From positions 1 to 64,000 of the forward strand of contig NW_021835957.1 of NCBI RefSeq assembly GCF_006345805.1: a DNA stretch of 64,000 nucleotides. The letters are read 5' to 3'. Of the stretch, positions 52,965 through 64,000 are shown in pieces. Position 1 is the first letter of the stretch. The number at the start of each line of letters is the position of its first letter. Position numbers and translations under genes: made by a program. The stretch is from Octopus sinensis (taxonomy: Eukaryota). A model generated the notes under the pieces. It saw nothing but the letters and a program-made list of their open reading frames with translations. It was not told where the DNA came from and searched no databases.

Positions 52965-54714
52965 TATTCTTTTATGTCCCACAAAAGAACACATCTCTGA
53001 GATTCATGAGCTGATATGATAAAAATCAGACCCTTGAAAGTGATGCAAAAACATGGCAACACACTACTACCATGTCTGAAACAAGTGAAAGGATTTAACA
53101 TTTTTTAGCATCAATCAAACAAGAGATCTAAACAGTTTCTACATGGTTAAATGACTGGAGAGAAACAGCTACCAAATTTTTGTCTTGCAAGGGAGAAAAC
53201 ATTGGGCAATGTAACAAGATAACTAATACCCGCTGGATTTCTATTATCACAGATCTGTCCTAGGGCTAAAATCAACAACAGAAATTATGATCATTGCAAT
53301 TTTGATTCAACATTAAAAACAAAATGACAAAGAATTATCTATGACAGCAGAAATTTTTAGGATTTGTCATTTTATTCAAATTATGTACACAATAATTTGG
53401 TTTTTGTAATACTTGCCAACACCCACATACCAAATTTTCTTAAAGGGGAAAAAAAAACCCATCCCCAGACAAAGACAAAAATTATACCTGTAAGATTACT
53501 GTGGTTTGAGGTAACTGTGAGCTGGTTGCCAGCATCTAGATTGATTAGTAATGAAAAACCAGCTAAAGCAAGTCAGATGTGTTAAAAGATAGAAGAGTTG
53601 ATTTTATTGATGCATAAATATACAGTCACCGCAAGCTTTCTAGCAAGGAAAACGTGAGTGAAATTAATTTGGAGGAAAGAGAAGACGTGAATTTTATATC
53701 TATATATATTCATTTATATAAAACTGTAATTGAGTTAGATCTCCTTGCAGTCTAACATCCATTGTTATTAGTTCTGATGGGAAAAATAAGTTAGAAAGAA
53801 AGAAAAATTTAGTTTGCTTTATATTGTATGTATTAAGTCATTTGGGTAATGTTTACATTTGATGATGAGGGGGATGGAGGTAGCAATGATGAAAGGGCCA
53901 GTGAAAAGAGAGAAAAAGACAAAAAAAAAAAAAACCCCACCCCTTTATCTAAAACAGAAACCAGATGAAGTCAGTCAGTGAAATAAAATTTAAATTAAAA
54001 ATAAGTTTTCTATTACTTAGGGAGAAATTGTATAAAGTAATGTTGCATATATTCACAGTATGCAGAGTCAAGATTAGGTGACTAACAAACACTATGGAAG
54101 GGTTAAGATTTGCTCAGCTCTTGATGGACCCAGCAGTTGTTTTGTACAAACTGTACAGATCACCAATGACTCAGTGATGGTGGATAATAATGCTGATTGT
54201 AGCTATTAAAATATGTGTATATCACAGACACACAGCAATGTAATATTCGTCATTTCCATTCTCTGTCTGATTTCTTCATTTTCAATGCTAATAATTGTCT
54301 TAAGCATTAAGGAGAGATGCAACAAATATCAAAACAATTTAATACAGTTTATGATTTCAGTCAGAAAACCCAGAGAAACATGAGAAAACAGTCTCCAGAA
54401 TAATTACTATAGGTATCAGAATGGTATTTGCTTTTCTTTCCACTTCCAAAGTAGTTGTTTGTCCATCTTTTGAAACACTTCCACGTGCAGATTACAAAAA
54501 AACCCAGCTGGAATTTCCATAGTAACAGCAGGTTAACTACAAATGGTTGCAGCTAGATGACATTTCAGAACTGATTGCTATATATAAAAAAAAGGGGAGA
54601 AAAAAAAAGACAGGAAGAGTTTTTTGTCAGTTACAAAGATTTTCTTTTTTTTTTTTTTTACAGGAACTGACAGCTGGTCTGCTCAGAGTCGGCACTTGTG
54701 GTTGACACAGTAGC

Positions 54715-54823
54715 CTACCTTTTGCTATTACTGTGTCCCATTCCCCTAATGGGCATTTTGAAATTGGCAGCAGCCTGATACTGGAGTTGATATGCTAATG
54801 GGTGAATCTTGAAACCATATAAT
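54715..54823 (-). CDS. CSNK2B: Casein kinase II subunit beta, last coding exon
   Basis: Acceptor TTTTCAG|A; (R)[35 protein letters not shown]. Matches the CK2-beta C-terminus, with the invertebrate-type AAANFKMP. Confidence 0.95.
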
Positions 54824-56115
54824 CTGAAAATATATATGAATACGAGATAAGATAATCAGATGAATACAGACTGCTATCAGCAGATTCAACGGTTTAAAAA
54901 AACCCCCAAAACGCAAAACATAAATTACTTCAAGAACAGTCTTGTAACATTCTTTAAACTCTCATACAAAGAATTCAAAGTATTTTAAAAAACATATACC
55001 ATCAGTTACTTCTCAAGAACACCTTCATTCTATTTCCATAGTTGTTTGTTCCTTCTTGAGCCATAACTGGCTCATAAGGGCCGCTTTCCTGGTTTCATTG
55101 GTGTATAGGTTCCCCACCTGGACAGGACATTGGACCGTCGCAGGTGAGCAGCTAGAGGCAGGAGGAAAGAGCGAGAAATTCTACCACTTCCTTGAATTTC
55201 TAGTGTTAAAGAAGCTGGATAATGTAAGCAAAACTGAAGATTTATTTCTTTTTTCAAGAAACTGAACCAAATCATTGCTGTGATTAAAGTTGAAGTGGTA
55301 GAATTTCTAACTTGAATTAACCTGGAGATTTGAAACTTCTAAGGAGATATTGGCCAGAAGAACTGTGCTTTAAAGCTATTTGCACTACTTCCTTGTTTAT
55401 TTCACTCCAAGTCATATATAACAGCAAGAATGAATTACAAAATGAAGAGAATTAAGAGCATTTTTGCAATAAATAAAGGCATTTAATAACAAAATAATGT
55501 AGTCAGAGAAATAATATCATGTCATGATATTTGAAAAAAAAAAAAAAAAAAATTTCAATAACTAATGTTTTACTATTTTCCAGTACTATCTGTAATTAGA
55601 GTAGTCTGAGACAAAAATTCCATAATAGATATATGCAAAAACTTAGTTGTGTTCCAAATATCACTTTTATATATTTTGATAAATGAAAAAATTTGTTTTA
55701 TGAAAGCAGTCCATATTTAATTTAAGCACATAGAAATATAGTAATGAAAAGGTTTAACTCCCTTCCATACCACTTCTGGGTCTTTGATACACAACATCTA
55801 AAATGTTTAGATTTCGAAATAAACTTTCCATCTTAATATGCTAGAACCTTTTGTTAAATCATTTTCCTAACACTAGCTTTGCAATGAACCAATTGTTTCA
55901 GCAAATCCTAAATTCTCAATTGTTTTTGAAATAAACAAACACACAAGCTGTGTATTCCATTAGAAATATGGCCACAACATGTTGAAGTCCCTGTGAACTA
56001 GTAACATGTCTTAAGCTCAAGTAACTGGTTGTTTCTTACACAAAAACTATTCATATACTTCTGATGACAGTAAGGATTGCAATTACATTGAATTTATATT
56101 TTTTATGTATGTATA

Positions 56116-56495
56116 GGCACAGGTGTGGTAAGGAGCTTGCTTCCCAACAACATGGTTCTGGGTCAGTCCCACTGCTTGGCACCATGGACAAGTGTCATTT
56201 ACTCTAATCTTGGGTTGTTGTTAGATGGAAACTGAAAGAAGCCTGTCGTATATGTGTGTGTGTATATACATATATATACACACACACACACATGCATGTG
56301 TTTGTTCTCCACAATAGCTTGACAACCGATGTTGGTGTGTTTACGTGTTTGTAACTTAACAGTTTGACAGAAGGGACCGATAGAATAAGTATTAGGCTCA
56401 TAAAGAGTATGTCCTACGGTCAATTTATTCAACTAGGAGGCAGTGGCTCCTGCATGGCCGCAGTCAAATAACTGAAACAAATGAAAGAGAGAGAG
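56116..56495 (+). mobile_element. SINE family A (intronic)
   Basis: Diverged, colinear with the 17730 copy. Confidence 0.8.
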
Positions 56496-56595
56496 TGTGT
56501 GTGTGTATGTATGTATATATATATATATTATACACACCACACACACAAATTCCTACTCTCAGATTATTGCTGGTGAAAAGCAATCAGCACTCTAC

Positions 56596-56784
56596 CTTGG
56601 AATAAATTGGTTTGCAGGACGCTTAGGTCTGTATTCAGGATGGACCATGAACAACATGTGTGGGAAACCAGTGCCGAAATATGCTCCATCCGTGTGGTGA
56701 TGACGAGAAGACTTAGGTGTGTAAACATCTTGGCATTTTGGACAGTACAGCTTTACCATGGCTTCACCAGGTACATCATGAGAC
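56596..56784 (-). CDS. CSNK2B: Casein kinase II subunit beta exon (second zinc-finger CPKC pair); apparent 1-nt deletion near its 5' end
   Basis: Acceptor TTTAACAG|GT; [61 protein letters not shown]; donor AG|GTAGAG. It is 189 nt, one short of the 190 nt needed for a phase-1 G-L-S-D start. Confidence 0.95.
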
Positions 56785-59375
56785 CTGTTAAATATACAAG
56801 GGGAATAACTTGAATAGTTGCAGTTATCAGAACAAAACAATAACAACAAAATATATCTGCTTAGAAGGAAAAAATAAAACCCACAAGAATTAGAAAATAT
56901 TAACCCTTTTTTCTTTTAAGGCTCACTATCAGCATTACAATACTGATATTTTTAAAGACAACTCTGTAAAGTCACACACTGGTTTTCAGCAACATGTTTG
57001 ACAAAGTAAAATTTAAACTGACAATTTTATGAATAAACCAGTCAAAGACATTCCTACATTTAATACAACCACTAAACCCTTCAAATAAACTCCATGTGCC
57101 CTCAGTACAAGGTTTTCACTATGCATACAGGTTAACACATAAAACGATCCAGTTTCACTTAGCTGCTTCATTAAGCAAGTCAGCCTGCCAGTGGCCACTA
57201 GACAATGAATTATATCTCTTAGCCAGTCCCTCAGCAACATGACATGACAGCTAAGCAGTAAACACTCAGTTAAAAAATAACTAACATAGTCATAGTTAAT
57301 CTGACCATCCAAATTCAATGTTAAGAAATTTTTAATAGATTCACTTCCAATTTGTCTGAAACTACCTTCTTTCATTAATACATAAAAGGGACAGCGAATT
57401 GTTTGAGCAGTCATTTTTATATAACTATCACCTTCATTTTAACTTGAGTGTGTACACATGAAACAGAGCTCCTGCTGGGCTAAACCTATAATCCATTTGA
57501 AAAGTAGCTATTTTATTTACATTACTCATGAGCTGAGGAAAGGCATGAACATTTCAAGTTACCATTTCATGTTTTTGAAAATCGATCAGATTAATTAGAA
57601 AATATACTGAATACAAATGTATTAGGATATGCACAATATGAATCCTTGCAAATTAGTTTTTCTAATCAACGGGGGTTTTTTTTTTTTTTTTTTTTCTCAG
57701 AAGCTTAGTCAGAGAGGGAAATGTCAATGACCATTTTCGAAGCTCCCACTTCCAAGTGCTAAGTGATGTTGATAAACTGACGATGGACTGGTATTAGCTT
57801 CTAGGTAATTTTTTAAAGTTTAATTCTATAGCTGTCTATATTCTTATAAAGATAGAGGTTTATAATTATTCTATACTAGTTTAGATGCTGAATTAGAATT
57901 TCAATGCATTTGTTTCTGCAGTAAAGCAAGTTTTCTAAAGCTACATATCATATAATAATTATGTTCCAAACATAAAACAAAGAATATAAATTTTAAAAAT
58001 TGAGTTTAAGGAATGCATAAATCTATTTGCAAGTGTAGAAACCATTATCCTATATTTAGAATAAATGTTTATATCATTAATTATAGTTGCATAGCTACAA
58101 ATTGAGGGGAAAGAATAGTCAAATCAACCCCAGTAGTTAACAGGTGCATGTTTAAATCAACAGCAGCAGCAAGATTGTATAAGGATGGGACTAAATTCTG
58201 CAAGATTCATTTTGAAGGAATGTTATTGATGATAATAGAAATAAATTGAACTATTGCTTTTGATTCACCCTGGATTAAAATGCACTTCGTTTCATGCTTG
58301 AAACCAAATTTTCCAGAGACTTTAGCATGAGAAATTATTAATCATTCTTCACATACCTACACATTTCTATGGGCTGATGCAGCAAGAGTGGCCCAGGATC
58401 TTGCTAGCATGTAAAATTAAGAAGAGATTTCCCCAAGGGCTAAATCAACAGTAATAGCAATATGTCTAAAGTACATTTTGGATAATGTTTACCATAAGAA
58501 AGTAATATACTTTTACTAGTTTCAGTCATTTGACTACTTCAACTCACTTAAGGTCTAGAGTGACTCACAGCTATGGTAGAAAACAACCTGCCTAGCATGC
58601 CTTGTAGAAAATGAATATGGAAGGCGATGTGAACTTTTTATCCAGTTGGTCAGTGTTTTGATTAAGTAGACCTATAGTCAGAGGCATTCAACCATGATCA
58701 TACCAATGGCTTAAAGATATGTAGGACTTCATTATCCAATGTGTTCTTTTCTTTTCTAAGACAGTAAAGTGTAATTTTAGAGAAATTTGGCTGCTATATG
58801 CAGCAAATCAAACAATCATATAGGAGACCTCTCTGTTGAAACTGGTAGTACAAACAGGTCCATTCTATAAATGCATTTTTACAATTCTGTTGTCAATTTT
58901 TACTTAAGATATTTCCAACAGCATTTATTAACATTTGATAAAAAAAGTTTTTTTCAAATATTCACAAAAATTGAAGCAGTAAGCAGTAAGAAGTATTTGC
59001 TAATTTTTTGCATGCCCTAAATGAACTAAAGATTTAATTAAGATGTAAGAGTGGAGACAGTTAGTACCATAGTTGGGATTTATTGGGTGTAGAAAACAGG
59101 AATAAACCACAGAACTTAAAATGATGGTTTAGTAAGCAGAAATAAAATACAGCAATCATGTAGCCAAACCAAGCTAACAAACCCATTACAACTACCTAAC
59201 CATACTAAAATGGATGCAGCTGTATTCTTAGATATTCACTCCCAAAGCTAGATGAAGTTTTACTAACTGATGAAAAGATAATTAGGTTGATTGAGACAGA
59301 ATATCTTCAAAATTTAGACCCATAGTTAATTCTGATAAAAATTCATATTCAAACAACAGGAGATGATCATTTTAA

Positions 59376-59588
59376 CCCATTAGCATTCAGATTACTCTGT
59401 CAAATGCAACACTTATCCATTGACATGTTTGGAATTAATCATGCATTATCTCATAGCTCAGATTTCGATATGATTATTTAGTTTCAGAACAACATCGAAG
59501 GTAGATGTGAGAGGCTGGATCTGTTTGGTTTGAACATAAAACAGGTAGAATATTTAAGCCAGACATAGCTGGTTTAAATGCTAATGAG
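59376..59588. mobile_element. piggyBac-type MITE (TTAA target), intronic
   Basis: TTAA at 59372-59375 and 59589-59592; homologous to 4320-4531. Confidence 0.7.
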
Positions 59589-59765
59589 TTAAAGAAACTG
59601 TTAATATTAACATTCCATTCCCAACCCTCTTTAAACGATCTCAAAGGGAATTAAATGTGTGTGAATACGACTACACACTAGTTGGAAGCCTTAAGCTAAA
59701 TCTGAAAATGTATTTTAAATAGAACAGCAATGAAAATAAAAAAGCTGGTTAACGGCTAAGCTTAC

Positions 59766-59881
59766 CATTTGAGCTATGCCCCTATTTGTCATTATGTAAC
59801 GTGCATGGATCAAACCATACAGCATCTCAGCAGCTTGCTCAATCAAATCACTTTGGTTTGGATTATCTTCAAGTTCATCAT
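59766..59881 (-). CDS. CSNK2B: Casein kinase II subunit beta, canonical acidic-loop exon (116 nt)
   Basis: Acceptor TACAG|; (D)[38 protein letters not shown]; donor ATG|GTAAG. Confidence 0.97.
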
Positions 59882-61385
59882 CTGTATAAAGATAAATCAT
59901 TTACAGCCATCAACTCTCGCCCAACCAATTCCGATCAACAAACCCTGCAGAAACAATTACTGCGCACGGTGTGTGTGTGTGTGTCTGCGTATGTGTAATA
60001 AAAAATAAAACAGCAAAAAAAGAAAAAGGAATTTTGGAAACGGATGCAAACTTGCAAAATTCATATTTAAAAATAAATAAAAAAATAAACACCACTACAA
60101 AAATTATAACCAGAAATTGCGGAGGAGAGGAAAAACACACAACTCCTTTAATCATATCTAAATTCTCTAGATAAAAAAAGCCATGCCTCTAATGGCAATA
60201 AAATATATTGAATTGCAGTATATGACATTCAAGATTCTCAGGACTAAGTAATTGTCATGATTTTTCTAATCAGTTGATTAGTTATTAGTTAGTTCATGTA
60301 TTATCCATACTTCTTATATCTAGTTACTAAATCTACATCATCATAATCATTTTAACACCCTCCCTCTCTTTTCCATGCGTGCATGGAGTTTGAGGCAGGT
60401 GTTCTATAGCAGGACGGTCTGTTTGCCACTAATTCTCACCCATTTCCAAGCAAGACATGTTTTCACAGAATGACACTGCTTACATGATGGTGACATTCAT
60501 TTACAACCACCACACAATGTCAAGACAAGGACACATGTAATCACATTTCGAATCAATCATTCACTGTGGTCCTGTACTTTTGGTTTTCGTTTGCTTTCTT
60601 CCACAGTACGTAAATTTCCTAACTAAAGTTGGTCTGTTATCAAGATTGAAAAAAACCTTCAGTTGTTGCATCTTCAGTGCCTACATACAACAACACATAT
60701 ACATATATATACAATGGGTTTCCTTCAGTTTCCATCAACCAAATCCACTGATAAGGCTTCGGTTGGCTCAGAACACTTGCCTAAAGTGCCATGCAATGGG
60801 ACTGAATTCATAACCATGTGGTTGGGAAGCAAGTATTTAAAACTCAAATGGCTTTAAGATCTTGCAATTGGTCAGTTAATCAAACATCTTCAATTTTCTC
60901 AGACTATTAGAATCCTTTTGCTAAAGAAAATACATGTGTCATAGAAAATGCCACTTCCTTAAAATATGTATTTATCTGCTACATAATTCTGCAATATCCT
61001 AACTGCCAACTGTTGAAGCACCTATCACCTGCATCAATTTCATACATCTTGATTAATGGTTCTAACTAATCATAAGCTAGAGGCAAACCCTTCATCTCAG
61101 ATGCAATGCAATAAATTATATAAATATGAGACACTAAAACATATTCTATTTCAGTCTAAAGACAGCAGTAAAATTTAGCTGTCCTAAATATTATCTTCAG
61201 ATTTTCCCCCTCTCCTTCCATGAAACAATTATAAAGTCAGACAGAAAAACAAACACACTTGAAGGCAGTTCAAATTGAGAATGTCATATTATGCAAGGTG
61301 TGAGACAAGAACAACAAATTTCTTTTGAAAACAAAATGAACATTCCATCAGACAGGGTCATGGCAGGAAGCAGACAAATTCTTAC

Positions 61386-61499
61386 CATAGTACTGAGACC
61401 AGCATTTGTTTAGGATATATCTAGCATGAATCAGTCCATAAAGCATGTCAGCAGCCTGCTCCAGCTGGTCTTTATTAACGCAGTCATCCCCATCATCGT
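61386..61499 (-). CDS. CSNK2B: Duplicated, divergent CK2-beta acidic-loop exon (candidate mutually exclusive alternative exon; +1 nt in this sequence)
   Basis: Acceptor TTTTCTTGTGTTAG|; (D)[29 protein letters not shown], then TNAGLSTM if one A of an AAA run (plus-strand TTT at 61409-61411) is removed; donor ATG|GTAAG. Same splice phases as 59766-59881 after that correction. Confidence 0.8.
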
Positions 61500-63826
61500 C
61501 TAACACAAGAAAACAGATCTTCACAGTGAAGAAGCTTGGACAGATACAATGTGATAATAGAGTTTACACAAGCTATTAACAGCCAGCAGTCACACTTAAA
61601 TTAGAACATATACAATCACAATACAATTTCAGTAAAAATTAGTTCTGAAAACTATCACATTTTCATTTGCTTTGCAATTAAGAACATGACAGTCATAGAA
61701 AACTTACCTATTTCTTTTGGTTAGTACATTCGTGTTAGTGAAGGAGTATACACTGCCTAAATTTGTGAAGGTAGCAACTACTCTATTCTCTCTCTTACTT
61801 TTTCCTGAATGTCTTTTTTTTTTCTAAACAAGGAAGCTCATGTGCCCTGATTAGAAGCGAGTTCTGATGTTATGAACAGGACTCTTGGTCCTTTTTAACA
61901 TTAAGATGACTGTATGGAGGTGCAAATAAATTCTAAACTATGGACAAAGCACGTTTGTCCATCCATATATGTATACTGCGACACTAAAACGAAGTTACCT
62001 CCCTTCTATACTATAACTTCACAAACACATGGAAATATATTTAAAACATCTCAACTATATTTTCATGTTCTTTCCCGAATGCAAAGCGACATATTTCTCA
62101 TGAAAATGGACTGCATTTGAAACTAATGTAAAAGCTTTGTGCATTATCACATCCAAGATCTGCTGTGCTGAAGTGAATTAGGAATGCAACAATCTCTGCT
62201 AATTTCTTATGCAAGCTCAAAGTGCAAATATTACAACAGTTTATCTGTGAGAGAAATGCTGACTGATGTCACAAGAAAGCCATCACAACAAAGGAATACA
62301 ATGTGCAAACCACTGTAAACTTATCTCCTAAACATAAAATATTTAATGATTGACATTTACAGAGACATCAAATTTATTAGATTAATACTAGTAAGGAACT
62401 GTTTTGATCTCACCAAAAGCTACTGGTTTTACTAATAACCAGTCAACTGTAATGATATATTTTTATACAACAGGAATAAATGCTGGCATGGCTATATGGT
62501 TAAGAAGTAAACTACATTTTACTGTTCATTCCCATTGTGTGGGTACTGTCAGTGTTTTCTACAGACATGGGTTGATCAAGCATTGTGAGTGAAGTTGGTA
62601 GATGGAAACAGTGAGAAACCCATTCCATATACATGTGTACTTGTGAGTGTGTCTTCCCCTGTCTTAACAGGTATACACTAATTGAAAAAAAAGTCATCAT
62701 TCATATAGCATCATTTGTTTACAATATATCCAAGTAAACATGCCAAGCCATTGAGTTGTTCAATGTTGAAGTAAGATGGGGAAAATGTTACTTTCCTCAA
62801 AAACAGAAGAGTGCTGGTAATAGGAAGAGCATTTGGCCACAGAAAATCTACCTCAAACAAGTTACATCTGCCCCATGCAAGTATAGAAAAGTGGAGGTTA
62901 ACACGATATTGAAAATTGCATCTCTCCTGCAGCTGATGCTTTTGATATTTTAAATCTAATTAGCAACTAATTTCTCTGATTTAGAGAAACCTCATTATAC
63001 TTGCTTAAAGTTCAAACTGAATAACCAGATGAATTTTTATCTCCAGTTATAATATTTCTATATTTCTGTTTTTTTTTGCAATGTCTCATGGTCAAAAGTA
63101 TTCCATGATATTGAATGGTCTTAATGCAATAAGCGCTTGTATATACTAGTCACCACATTCAGAGTCTGCAGTTAAAGAGTTCAGATCAAACTTTGATCAG
63201 ATTGATCTGATACCTATCCTCAGCTGTAGGCTTAAGCTGTGTCACAACAAAGTAAAAGGGTTTTGATACAAAACACAACAAAAATAAGTAACATTTTAAA
63301 AGATTTTGTTAAAGCAGAGCAAGGTAGCACCCATGAAATTTTTGCAGGGTTTCCAAAACTGGCAAAGAAAGCACCCACGTGTTATCTTCAGATTGGAGAC
63401 CTTAACTGAATGTTTACAACATAGTAGATGAAAAGGTAATAAAGGGGTGAAACGGAGATGAATTAGTTCTATTGAATTTCACTGACAAGGCTTGGAACGA
63501 CTCAAGGCTATGAAAGAAGCCACTTGTCCAATGTACTGTGCAGGGGGATTGAACTGGGAACTTCTTAACCATAAAGTCATTCATATCCCCAAGTGCACCT
63601 AGTTGAATATCTTGATCATTTTGTCATATCATCATCATCATTTAGTGTCTGCTTCCATGCTGGCATGGACTGGACAGTTCGACTTAAACTAGTAAGCCGG
63701 AGAGCTGCACTAAGTTCCAGTCTGGTTGGATGCCCTTCTGACACCAACCATTCTAAGAGTATAAAGGATGTGTCTCACAAAAAAAAAAAATTTAAGAATC
63801 AAAACAAAAGCCAATAGATTGAGTAC

Positions 63827-63929
63827 CTGGCTCAAGGTCTAATATCATATCCAGAGCCTGCCTATAATGAGGGACTTGTTCATTGAGACCTGTTAAGTTG
63901 AATTTGTCTTGAATATAATCTTCATCAAC
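63827..63929 (-). CDS. CSNK2B: Casein kinase II subunit beta exon (103 nt); the upstream start exon lies beyond the window
   Basis: Acceptor TTGCAG|; [34 protein letters not shown]; donor CAG|GTAC. Confidence 0.97.
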
Positions 63930-64000
63930 CTGCAATAAATAAATAAAAGATTAATTACACAAATTACATGCTAAGAAAGTAAATAGCAAAGGTATGTATC

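Noticed and set aside
57013-57414. 133-aa intronic ORF as the missing CK2-beta exon
   Set aside because: Only chance CP/VYC-like words are present; there is no GDFG or CENQ motif and no fitting splice sites.
58330-58400. Donor-like AG|GTATGT near CCCATAG as the end of the missing exon
   Set aside because: The upstream sequence does not translate to the CK2-beta zinc-finger peptide in any frame.
59882-59950. Alternative upstream acceptor (TTTCTGCAG) extending the canonical exon by 63 nt
   Set aside because: It would introduce an in-frame TGA, and there is no evidence of use without RNA data.

Overview
AT-rich, intron- and repeat-dominated animal genomic DNA. The dense (TA)n/(CA)n/(AAT)n microsatellites and the SINE set suggest a coleoid cephalopod, most likely Octopus (inference from recalled repeat families, not a search). 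The window holds two protein-coding genes, both on the minus strand. (1) The first coding exon of a NudE/NDE1-NDEL1 homologue (14403-14491) with an ETS/NRF1-type promoter; its next exon is not visible in the window. (2) The 3' part of casein kinase II beta (exons 63827-63929, 59766-59881, 56596-56784, 54715-54823). The CK2-beta gene carries a second, divergent copy of the acidic-loop exon (61386-61499) that looks like a mutually exclusive alternative exon, and I could not find the 76-nt zinc-finger exon. A 4.5-kb array of a ~23-bp unit (35435-39977) is inserted in a split non-autonomous Helitron; almost every unit pairs a TCF/LEF HMG site (AGATCAAAG) with a GCCG helper-like site. Several short palindromic repeats carry minimal hammerhead-ribozyme cores of the Penelope type, one fused to a tRNA-like head. 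The rest is mariner remnants, TTAA MITEs, solo LTRs and several tRNA-derived SINE families. Nearly all ORFs in the supplied track are repeat artefacts. Repeat boundaries were read by eye and are approximate.
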